64,000 nucleotides of DNA from Dimorphilus gyrociliatus. Taxonomy: Eukaryota > Animalia > Annelida. The stretch is from NCBI GenBank assembly GCA_904063045.1, contig CAJFCJ010000006.1, positions 4,790,408 to 4,854,407 on the forward strand. The letters are read 5' to 3'. Of the stretch, positions 50,680 through 62,330 are shown piece after piece (the stretch's first letter is position 1; each line of letters begins with the position of its first letter). Made by a program: the position numbers and the translations under genes. The notes beneath the pieces are model-generated. The model was not told the DNA's origin. It did no database searches and saw nothing but the letters and a program-made list of their open reading frames with translations.

Positions 50680-52036
50680 TTACTTCTTTACTCCTTTCAA
50701 TTCCAAATCAAACACAAGAGTAGAATTCGATGGAATACCGGGAAGACTTTTTCCTCCATAGGCCATTTTTGGAGGAATGGTAAGAGTTCTCTTACCACCA
50801 ACTTTCATTCCTTTAACTCCAATTTCCCAGCCCTTGATGACTTCATTAGATCCTAGACGAAAGGCAAATGGTTTTCCTGACGTGCAACTATCAAATTCCT
50901 TGCCGTTTGAGCCTAATTTACCGGTATAATACAGCAATACTTTCTTTCCTTCTTTCGCTTCAGATCCTTTTCCCTCTAACTCATCAACTGCGACAATATT
51001 ACCTTTAAGAACTCTCTTAACTTTCTTTGTCTCAGTTTTTTGCTTCTTTTTTTGAGTTGGGGATTGCTCTTCAAGTGTTCTGTCCTGAAGCTTACGTTTC
51101 TTGTTGTCCTTACCGTTGGTTTTTTCGACTGTAAATTAGAAGTTTCTACTTATTCGCTCTCATAGGATTCACTTATGAAAGTTCTTTATTTAAATTTTCC
51201 AAATACATACCTCCATTCTTTTTCTTCTTCTCTGATTGAACTAGTTGAGGAGCTTCAACCTCCTCTTCAGCCTCCTCCTCATCACCATCCTCATCATCGT
51301 CGTCCTCTTCCTCATCATCTTCGTCCTCATCGTCGTCGTCGTCGTCGTCTTCATTGTCGTCGTCATCTACTTCTTCATCGTCATCCTCATCTATTTCATC
51401 ATCGACATCGACCTCTTCGTCATCAAGACTATCGTCTACGTCGCTGTCATCATCACTATCGTTTTCTGCATTATCTACCATACATTCTTCTTCTGCATAA
51501 GATTCATCATCACTATCGTCATCCTCCATTAAACCAAAATCTCCGTTGTTGACTAAAGCATTTACATCTGCATCTGCATCATAATCTTCATCGTCGTCAC
51601 TGTTATCAGGGTCAATAAGAAAGCCGCTCAAATGAATTTCATCTGAAGACCATTTATTTTTAATATACTTTTTTATTTTGACTTTAAATAAAATATTTTA
51701 TACTTGGACCATCGGCGAAGAAGTCTATTTTATCGCCGGCTCTAAAAGCTAGATTTAGCCGTTGACATTGATTTGAATTATCCAAAGCGCACAGAAGTAT
51801 GTCGTCGCTACCTTCTTGTTTGAAATATAGAGAAGATTTTTGTGTATTTGTACCTCCTTCCTCTGTAACTTTCAAACAAGCCATAGTTAGCTGGAAACTT
51901 TTTTGGCAAGTTTGCGACACACTTGATTCTGCCGGCACTTTCACTCCTGAGAAAAAAAATTGATATTAAGATGAAATATTCATTTTAAGTTAGATTTCAT
52001 ACCCCAGAAAGTTGATGTATAATCTGACAATTTCAT
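50680..52036 (-). CDS. Nucleoplasmin-like domain + acidic tract + FKBP PPIase (FKBP39/Fpr3-4 type)
   Basis: TFWG start, FQLTMACL, GPS-EIHLSGFL, long Asp/Glu tract, YYTGKL...FDS...FRLG..EVIKGWEIGVKGMKVGGKRTLTIPP.MAYG. Confidence 0.92.
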
Positions 52037-52202
52037 TTTTAATTATTGAGAGCAATTAAAGAATTTGTTTTAATTATAAAGAGTAAAATTAGTGAGCCGT
52101 AGATATTACAAGACTATCACGTGGTGGTCTAATCCAGCCTCGTTTGAAGACCGGAAATATCAATTATTCCTTCCGGATCCGATTTTTAAATGTGAAGGAC
52201 GA

Positions 52203-54056
52203 ATGTCTGAAATTAAAGATTATATATTTCTCGAGAAATTAGGCAGCGGAACATATGCCACTGTCTATAAAGCACACAAAAAAGTAGACAAAGTTTTTAA
52301 ATAATATAAACCATAAACGTTTATTTTGATTAAGAATTATAAATATATAAAATGTCCCTCCTGCCTGTTTCCATCCCATTATCGCTCTTTGTTTTTTCAG
52401 GGACGCCCAAAATCAGTAGTTGCAATAAAATGTGTTGAGCGAAAGGGACTTAATTCAAAATCAGTAGAAAACTTAGCCAGGGAAATAGAACTATTGAAGC
52501 AATTGAAACACGAACATATCGTTAAAATGATAAATTTTGATGTAAGAATTAGTTTCCTTAACATTCAATTTTGAAATTGAGACTTTTCTGCTATTCAGTG
52601 GGATGAAAAATTAATTTATATTGTTATGGAATATTGTAGCGGTGGAGATCTCTCTCATTTTATTACTGCAAAGAGGACTCTATCGGAGTACTTAGCAAGA
52701 AGATTCCTTCAGCAAATAGGTGAGATGGATAATAATTTAAATAACGTTCAAAGTTTTTAAGGATAGCTCATTTGCTGATGTAAATATTTTAGCTTCTGCC
52801 CTAAAGTATATGCGCTCCAAGAAAGTTTGTCATATGGATTTAAAGCCCCATAATATCCTTCTTGAATCTCCAAATAGCGTCGTATTAAAATTAGCTGATT
52901 TTGGATTTGCTCATTATTTAAATCAGGAAAGTCAAACAACAAAGCATTTAATTGGAAGCCCATTGTACATGGCTCCTGAAATTGTTGTTCATAGAAACTA
53001 TAATGAAAAAGCCGATTTATGGTCAGTTGGCGTTATTCTCTACGAATGTTTGTTTGGAAGGGCACCGTTTGCCTCAAGAACATTAGAAGAAATAAGAGAT
53101 AAACTTTACGATAGTAGTCCTGTTCTTATTCCGGGTGGGACTTCGGAAAATTGCAAACATTTGCTATCGCGACTGCTTCAGAGAGACCCTGAAAAAAGAA
53201 TTTCGTTCGAAGACTTTATTAAACACCCATTTGTAGATCTAGAACATAAACCCTCTGAGAGTTCTGTCAAGAAAGCAACTGATATTGTTCAAAGTGCTAT
53301 TGAATTCGATTCATTGGGAAACTATAAGGAGGCATTAAAATTATATTCAAGCTCCCTTCAATATTTTGTATCTGCCATTCACTGTTAGTATTGCTTTTTA
53401 AAAAATTCTATCATCCGTAAGCAGCTTAACTTTATTTTTCGTTCTTTCAATATAGATGAACAAGATGAGGAGAAGAAAAATTGCATACGTAGAAAAGTGA
53501 ATAATTATATGAAAAGAGCTGAAGAATTAAAAAAAATACTTTATCCAAACGATGTTCCATCTGAATGTCCCGATTCAAAGATTCTTCCAACACTGTGTAA
53601 GTGATATTAATAATGTTTCAATTATGAAATATATCATAAAGATTAATTCAAATTTTGAATCTACATGATTATAGTTAGCAGTATTAGCGAGAATGAAGTT
53701 GATCTTAGACGAGCTCTTAACACCTTGTACTCTGCTCAAAAATTGGTAAATCTATTGTAATATAGATCTAACCACACTTTACAAGTTGAAGTTTTTATAA
53801 GAGTTGTTTTTTATAGGCAGCCAACAAAGAATTCGAATCAGCTTACAAGGCTTATGAAATTTCCATTGAAAAACTTATACCTCTTGCCAAAGCAGACGAT
53901 AATGTGAATAGAAAAAAACTCTTGCAGAAGCAGCTTTCCATATCTTTAGATGAAGCTGAAAAAATAAAAGAATATCTACAAACAAACCTGAAAGAAACTA
54001 AGGAAGATATGAAAAAGGAAGAAGAATGTAAAAGTAAACTCTGTATAGTAATGTAA
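52203..54056 (+). CDS. ULK3: Serine/threonine kinase ULK3 (kinase + two MIT domains)
   Basis: LGSGTYATVYKA, VAIK, HMDLKPHN, ADFGFA, GSPLYMAPE; two MIT-like helical repeats; reconstructed C-terminus KSKLCIVM*. Confidence 0.92.
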
Positions 54057-54240
54057 GCAAAGTAAAAACATAAGTGATTTGATAGTTCAACTTTCGAATT
54101 ATTATATAAATTTATTAATTTTTCGGTGGTTTTGATCAAGAATTTTTATTTTTTTGTTATGCGAAAGATATTTTTTATCAAGTTTGAATTTATTTTGAAT
54201 AATCTACATAATCTAAGCAAAATTTTAACAATAAATTCAA

Positions 54241-56332
54241 CTAATTTGAAAAAGCAACAGCTAGAGTTCTTGAATTCGTCAATTCAAGGATTGTTATAGT
54301 GTTTTTCCCATATTTTAAGTATGACATGGGAACTAACATTTTTGAATGAGGCCAATTAATATTCATATAACTACCAATAGTAAAACCATTTATGTATACT
54401 TGACCTTCTCCTAACCCTTCCAGTTTTAACCACGAATAAGCTAGTTTTGACGACTTCTTAATAAAAAATGAACCACATAAGAAGGCCGGCCGATATATAC
54501 TATTCTCTGTTGTTGAATTAAGAGAGATAGTATTAATGTCTTGAAGGTGTATATATCTCCACCATTTTGGGGTCTTTCCTTGAATTTTAATGACTAGATT
54601 TTCTTTTTTAAGTGTTGCGGCTGTCTTAACGACAAGCATTAATGTATGTTGTTTGGAACTAGTTAACATATAACGAGGAATGAGAATCTTTCTACCAATC
54701 TCAAAAGTCGAATTAAGACTAATAACATCTGCCAATTTGTGATTATTGATAATAATCTGTACTCTTCCAGGATTGAAACTACCCTTTAGGCTAATATAAG
54801 TAGCTGCGCCAACAAATGTTGTGTAAGTGACATAGATCTCACCATAAGAAGGTATTAAAGGCTTTTCATGATTTTCCAAGTAGAAAAACTTTTTATTCTT
54901 TTCTTTCAACTGTTGAATGTTAATTTGCCGATCCAATTTCACTATACCAAAAGAAGATATATCAGGTCTACTATTCATGGTGTAATCAATATCGTTTGTC
55001 AATGACATTTCCTTAAAAAGATCTCTCATTACAAAATACGTAAGTGACTCTTCTCCGAGGCTGTTAACTGGCAGAGAATAATGAAAAGTTGTCGCAATTA
55101 CTGTCTTATTGCTACACGTCTTTTTCGAATTATCACAAGATACTCTAAAATTACGTGATCCACCAATAAAAGGAGCGATATTAATAGAAGCACCATTAGC
55201 TAAGGCATACTTTAACACCTTTCTAATATTAACTACATTTATTTGCTTTGGCTTAGTTCCGTAAAAAGTTGTTTCGATAATTTGCAGATTTGATAAAAAG
55301 AGAGCTGAATGTTTATTGGTTTCTTTCCAATTAGTGATTAATTTTTCAACTGAGAATTGACGAGAATGTTCCGGGACGAATAAAGTTAGGTAAGCACCGA
55401 TTACTTGTTTGGAGGAAAAGATCATTTCGTGTAGGCCATTGAGTCTTAGTTGAGAAATTATATTCTTAAGATAATCTACATTGTTGTTGTCTCTTTCGAT
55501 CATAATCGCTATCAGAGGACCACCTTTCAAATATTGATATCTCCATAAAATTTTCGCAACTTGTGAGAGAAAACTATTAATTGCTTTTAGATATTTCTTA
55601 TCTTCTATAGATCGAATTTTTATACCGTCTTTAATCATCCATGAAGGTAATCCCCCATAGACTATATGAGGTCCAACATAAGGACCGCAGTCAACAATTA
55701 ACTTTAAACCTACACTTTTAACGGTTTGAAGAAAGCGTGAAATTTTTTCCTTGTCAATAATTAACTGTATCAATGAAAATGGATGAAGAAGAGAAAGAAA
55801 AGATTATCATATCAAATAAATATACCTGACTTAATTCCAATTCATTCCAGATTATTGTTGTAACAACAGTATTTAAACCAGCTAACTTAAGCTTTTTAAG
55901 GCGATCCTTCCATTCGGATTCAATTACTTTTGTAAAATCAAATTGACCGGCTAAAATACGAAAATACTTTCCATTTAATTCAAATTTTTTATCATTAGCT
56001 TTTAAAGAAGATTTGGAAAAGAATCCTTGTTCTGCTATATAAAGTTTAGCTGTTGTGGATTTTCTATGAACAGTACTGAGTGTAGTTTGATTATAAAATA
56101 ACATTCCAGGATGATGATTTATCATAGGATTATGTTCGTGACGAGAATGAAAGAATAATTTAGGCGAATATTCTCCGTCCTTAATGAAATTTCTTTGTTT
56201 TATGTTAAGTATAATATTTACAACGAGAAATAAAAAGGTATAAAAGCCAATTGTTATCATAAGAGTGTCCAAATTAATTCTACATAGCTTTTGTTTCAAT
56301 TTCCTCTTCCATCTACTTTCTTCTCTCTTCAT
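54241..56332 (-). CDS. GH35 beta-galactosidase-like type II membrane protein, probably catalytically inactive
   Basis: Basic N-tail + TM helix; FELNGKYFRILAG, WKDRLKKLKLAGLNTV, GPY...GGLPSW, GGPLIA; C-terminal GEGQVYINGF.IGSY and LKYGKNTITILE. Confidence 0.8.
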
Positions 56333-57173
56333 TTTTAAAATCTTTGGTACCTGTTTACGTTATAGAAGTTCATGTATCAAACCAATCTGACTGTTATTGT
56401 ATAGAAGACAATTAATAACGTACCGTAAAATGTTCTGCCGCCTTTAACACCTTCATAGCTATTTGTTGAATAATATCTTTCACTAGTTGAGTTTCCCGTT
56501 CAGACACTACTCGTAGTGCCCTCCCTGGTCTATGGATTTGAAACGATTCCATTTAATCGAATAGGGGGTTTTCTTATACTTTAAATGACGAAGACGACTA
56601 AATTTACTTAATGCTTACAGTTCACTTGTATTGATCTGTTCAACAATAGCAGGCCTAAGCATAAATATAGAATAAACCCAAAGGAAGTGAACACTAGGCA
56701 TAAAACACGATTCAGAAGGAGTTAAATGAATTAGGAAGAGAAAATAGAAAAGAGATAATCTATAACTTAAAAAATAATAGTCCAAAAACTCTCTCAAAAA
56801 AAGGGAAAAATGGAGATAGGTAACTTTTTATTCACAAAGATGTGCTTGATAGATTAGTAATAATTTTATGGGCGTATCTAAGAAATTTGCCTTTCAAGAA
56901 AGTATTCTTCTTTTCTTCCATTTCTCCCCCTCCCTTCTCTCCCACTCTGCCTAAGCTTTTAAAATGTATTATTGTTAAATAGGCCTATTTCTTCACTACG
57001 GGTAATTTTTCTATTTATTTCTCTGTTGCGGAAAAAAATTCACTAACCATTGAATAACCAAATAATAGTAATAGCTGAACCGAAATTTTATAGTTGTTGT
57101 ACAGTGACAGAACAGTATGAAGTTAGTAGTATACTATTACAATTTGACTATTAGATTAACAAAAAGCGTCTTG

Positions 57174-57608
57174 TTAGGAGAAAGAGAAAGAAGGATTTGT
57201 GGAGCTCCTTACACTTTTAATATTAACTTTAGAATCGTTTGACATATCTGACCATATTGACGATAAACTGCTACTATTCTTAATTATTAGCAAATCATAA
57301 CACGAACGTCTAATAATAGCTTCAATTCTCGAATTATTTGTGTTAATGTATTTTTGATTGCAGTATTTCTCTTTCAACGTAAGTCCTATTTCATTCTTAT
57401 GGTGTTGAAGAGTGAAAAGCCTAAAGCCATTTGTAGATTTTTCAATGGCCTTGTTTAATTCAACAACAGTTTCATTCCAGCCCAAAGGATTGGTAAAAAA
57501 ATCTATCTGAGTTGATTTATCTTTTGTAGGTCTATTAGCTCGAAGTCTATATTTAATCTTTCTCGCTTTCCTGTTAAACTTATCCATCGTATTTAGCATA
57601 TTACGCAT
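57174..57608 (-). CDS. Intronless 144-aa basic orphan ORF
   Basis: ATG-started 435-nt ORF in AT-rich DNA; no family recognised. Confidence 0.4.
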   Translation of the reverse strand: MRNMLNTMDKFNRKARKIKYRLRANRPTKDKSTQIDFFTNPLGWNETVVELNKAIEKSTNGFRLFTLQHHKNEIGLTLKEKYCNQKYINTNNSRIEAIIRRSCYDLLIIKNSSSLSSIWSDMSNDSKVNIKSVRSSTNPSFSFS

Positions 57609-58376
57609 ATTCCGTTTTTTTAAATTTCACTTATCATCCCCCTACTATTGATTAATATCTATCTTTTAAAGAAATATTCCATCTTTACCTATTTATTTAT
57701 TTCTTAAGCGTTTTTGAATACATTGAAATTATTTTCAAATAAATTCTAATGATTTGAAATTTTAGTTATAGCTGTTTTCGAAAAGAAGACGAAAATAAAA
57801 CGAGATTGACAATTGAAAAATTCTTTATTAAATTCTAATTGCAATGCTGTCGTGAGATCAAAACTCATCGAAATATATATTTTAGTCACGTAAAAGATAT
57901 ATCACCATATATATATATATATACAGTGTATATTCATATATGTTTTATTGTTGTTTTTTATATGTTTTACATATGTAAGTCGTAACGTTCGTGCTTAATA
58001 AACCACCCATAGATGGCGCTTTATATCTTTTAAATATGGTGATGATGGCACATTCGATTGTTTTTTTTTTGTTTTCTACGTTTCGACTTCTCTCCTCTAT
58101 AGGAGACTGTTTAAAAAATAGAATAAAGAAGCTTTTGAAAAAAATACCCAACTAAAATGTTTATCTTCAGTTGAGGGAATCTCCGTTCGTCGTTAATTAA
58201 ATTGAGGAGGCCTCCAGCAAGCACAGATTTTATCAATTTAATATCTTGAATCTTTTACCCGTGACGCAACTTTTAAAATATATGTACAGGGAAAATAATA
58301 AGCTCTTCTTTAAGGTAATATAAAAAATACATATACAAAAAAGTTCAATCATCACAGCCTTAAGAAGCCAATCTTT

Positions 58377-61218
58377 TCAGTTCAATATACTTTGTACGGC
58401 AGCGTCCAGTTCTAACGATCCATTCGTTGACTGAACGCTATCGTCAACTATACTTTCAAGTGGCATAGACGCACTTTCTTCCACCTTGGGCCGTTTAGGC
58501 TCAGGCGGTTCTATATTACGGTCTTCAAGTTGAAGCATTAAATCCTCTTCCGGAAAAGGAGGTAAAATGTCTTCATCGGGAGCAACAAAGTTTTCCACTT
58601 CTTCCATAGGAGTTTCCACATACTCTTCAGTGTCTAATTCCTCTTTAATTGGCACAAAAAAATTTCTCAATTCATTATATGATAATTCATCGTTATCATC
58701 TGCCAATCGTGGCGTTGGGAAAAACGTTGGTGAACTTCTATTTACTCTCAGTTTATCTTCCTCCAGTTGGGTTTTTTCGTTATTTATAAACATTCTACCT
58801 ATTAGAACCATTTCAGCACTTGGTACACGCCGCTAAAGAAATAAAAAATTATAAAGTTTATTTAATAAAATATTATCAACTCTTTTCTTTGTTATCTTAC
58901 TACTATTCTTATTTTAGCTTTCACTTACCATGCTTTCCTCCAGCATCAGCATATGAAATTTTGCTTGAAGTTGTTCCTTTTTCGCCAATAGTTTTTGACT
59001 TAGGCCTTCGAAGCATTCGTCGTCTATTTTCGTTGTTTATAAAGAAAAATAGTTTATTAATAATGACAATGACAATAATAAACTTTTTCGATAACTCTTA
59101 CCGTAGGCTAAAACTTCTTTTTGAGGCATTCGATGCTGAAATACATGGTAACGAACTAAACGGCGGCAAACGTCCTTTATATCTTTAAATGGTTCTTTTA
59201 TTTCAGGATTTAATGCAAATTTATGATCGTTGAGTAATTGATTATGGGCCATTTGAACGGGCGTCGTTGCCTGAACAGTAGTTTTTTTGACAGGCTGAGT
59301 AGGCGTTGCGAAAGTCTTAGGCATTGTTGCCGATGCTGTTACAATTGGTAGTTTCATTACGGGTGTTGCTCCTAAATCAGCTGGTAGTGTAACGTTCGCA
59401 TTTTGAAAGTTTGTTGCATTATTGATATGACCCTGAGCTTCATTGATAAAATGTCTATAAACTTTCATTTGTTTATCCTCAGGTAATCGTTTAATTCGCT
59501 CCTCTAATGACGGAGGTAAAATAAGTTTGTTATTCACGAGTTTAATATGATTTGCCTCAATACCCTGGGTAGCAGTCCCCTTTTGAATAGTTATGGTTAG
59601 TGGTTCAGTCTTTACAGGTTGACTTGTACAAACGTTATTAGCCGGTACGATATTAACAGGTCTTGTTGATTGTTGAATTCGTATATTTTTTTGCAAAATG
59701 GGTGATTTCTGAGGGAAAGGTGACGCCTGAGAGATGGTAACATTCGGAGGAACTTGGGCAATTGGCCTCGAAGGTTGTGCAGGTCTCGGATCATTTATTT
59801 TATTCCTAATTGCTTCATGAGCATCTCGTAGGGCTGCTAACTTATTTTCATCCTGAGGCCCTAACGGTTGCTTAGAAGAAAGAGAGTTTATTTCATTTTT
59901 TAAATGATTAACAATTCTTTCCAACTGAGGTTTGCTAAAAGTTGATGAACCAGAAAGTGTGGCTGCTTGCGGTTGGGATGAGGGCGACTCGGACGGTTGA
60001 TTATTACCGGTATTTTGAAATGAATTCGGAATTATCTGTTGCTGGTCTGTCCTCAAATTGTTACTAGGAACAACTTTAACAATATTCGGATCTGTCGATG
60101 TTGACGAGATCGTATTGATGGTTTGGCTTGTCTGCGGAATGAAATTTCTTGATGATGCTAATGTAGCAGAGGATAAGCAGCGAACAGTTACTGATGAAGT
60201 TGGTGGAGCTGAAGTTACAACGATTAATTTTTGTTTAAGTCCTAGATGATCCTGCAATTGAGATCGAATAGGTACAGGTACACCATTATTAGCTACAATC
60301 TGCAAAGGTTGCCTGGGAGGAGCCAAATTAGGCTGTACTGGATTGACCGATTGTAAGTTATATCCTTGAAAATTAAGATTTCCAACGTTAATTAAATTTA
60401 TGTTAGTGTTTTGTGGTTCGACAACTATCGGCTGAGTATTCGTGGGGCAGTTTGAGACAGGTTGTTGGGCTAATATTATTTGCTGCGGACTTTGAGATGA
60501 CGTTGAGTTAGGAGTTAGTAAAACCTGTGTAAGTTGTTGCGGCTGTAATATGATGTTAGGCTGTATCGCTCGCACTATTATATTCCCTCCTGAACCTGGC
60601 TGAACAGTCTGTTGCGGTCTTACACTCAGTGTTTTGTTAGGCAGTAACGATGCTATGTTGATTTGTTGCAGAGGAATGTTAGGGAGATTAGCTCCATTGA
60701 TAATAATCTGTTGTCCCTGAATAACGTTGTTTGGTGTACTCTGTCCAACTTTCGGTAAAACGACTTGATTCGGGGTAGCACCCAATTGGATAGCCGAAGC
60801 ATTTGATATAACATTGGAGTTAATTTGAATGGTGGCTGTGGCCGATGGTTTTTTTATAGGAGCTGGAGTGGGATTTAGTTGCCGGGGTGGTTCTTCTGGT
60901 GTAACCGGAACAGGTTCTAAGTTCGGAAAGTTGTCGAAATCGATCGATGATGAGAAAGAGCTCACGAATGCAGGATCGTTTGATAAAGATTCCACAGCAT
61001 CGATTAATTGTCCTATATCGTCGTCATCAGTAGCTGCAGGAATGAGTTCATCCAACTCGCTCGGGAGGCTGTGGATTATAGTTAATGTATTTAATTGATT
61101 GATATTCCATTAAAAAAAAAACACTTATTAGGAACAATTATAATCAAAATCTTTCTTTTTTTTTATTATAAATGAATTGAACGAAATTGAAACCGTACAC
61201 GTCTAAGCCATTATCCAT
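58377..61218 (-). CDS. BICRA: BICRA/GLTSCR1 family ncBAF subunit
   Basis: Long Q/P/N-rich region, then GLTSCR1 domain LLNDHKFALNPEIKEPF...RLVRYHVFQ.../DDECFEGLSQKLL...MLMLEESM/RVPSAEMVLIGRMFINNEK; first exon MDNGLDV at 61218. Confidence 0.88.
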
Positions 61219-62330
61219 GTCATCAGGACATCACGCTCTGTTCTGTCTGGGGTTTGGTTCGATCTGTCAAAATGTTAGATATTATTAAGATGAATAAAAT
61301 ATACTATTATTGCTTCTACTAAATCGCTTATATCGTGTTTTAGGGTGAAATCACTAGTCTTTTACTTTCACTTACGGATCTAACTGACAAAAAAACAGAC
61401 GACTGTTTTCTAATAGTACAACTTCCGGCATTAGCCGGTCGATAAACGCTTAAACGCGTTGGGATATTGTCGGGCGGCATTTTAATGGCGTACTGAGCAG
61501 AGTAGTGTATGCGGGTTTCGTGGGTTTGTCACTGAAATATTATTATTTGCAAATGATATACTCACCTTTTGTTACGCGTAAAACGGAGGTCACGCTCGTA
61601 CTACTTTCAAAACGCTTTCGCAGCCACCGGTTACTGGTGCTAATAATTGACATTTTACTCTTTGTAGTTTTAAGGCTTTATTGTGAAAGAAACATGTAAA
61701 AACATTCGTTTTATCTTCACTTGCAATATCTGACTGGCAAATTTAAGAGAATAGCCCCCACATGGTTTCAAGTTGACGTCGATGAAGAAGGCGGAGAAAG
61801 CGTTAATTATTTGCATATTATAATGATGTCTAAAGATAGAACGAAACAAACAAGTCGCTCCTCCCTCTTATTGCGAAAAGGCCTTATAATTTCAAGCTAG
61901 GAAGCTCCCTTTCATGAATTGGAGAAGTTTAAACCCTTTCCGAAAATTTCAACTCCCTTTAACACTAATTTCTTTGGTCTCCTCATAAAATAGTTCGCCT
62001 CCTACACTTTCCTTAAAAATCGGCCTTAAAGACTTCAGTTTGTCCATTCTTGTTAGAACATAGGTCTTATTTGAAAAATGCATTGATATGTGTGTCTAAC
62101 TTTTAAGTTTATCGATGGGGTTAAGTGTATTTAAGGTTAAGAGGAAAGGCGGTCAAGTGGTAAAGCGGTCTCATAAATATTCACGAAGTCTGGTTTCGAG
62201 GATTGTTCTATTTATCGGGTGTATCCAGGATTCCACGTTACCAAGCGTTTCGTCTGCTACAAAGTAAAAAGAAAATAGCATGATTGTTTTTATTTTGTAA
62301 TCGAGGAATTATTCATATTTATTTTAAGTA

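Noticed and set aside
51175-51552. His/Arg-rich and hydrophobic plus-strand ORFs
   Set aside because: Antisense shadows of the Asp/Glu tract of the nucleoplasmin-FKBP gene
61809-61816. Octamer ATTTGCAT suggesting an snRNA promoter
   Set aside because: No recognisable snRNA sequence or Sm site nearby; the motif is frequent by chance in AT-rich DNA.
62148-62205. tRNA-like stretch (GGTCAAGTGGTAAAGC...CTCATAA)
   Set aside because: An A-box-like and anticodon-like segment is present, but there is no proper T-loop/B-box and no acceptor stem. It would need tRNAscan-SE.
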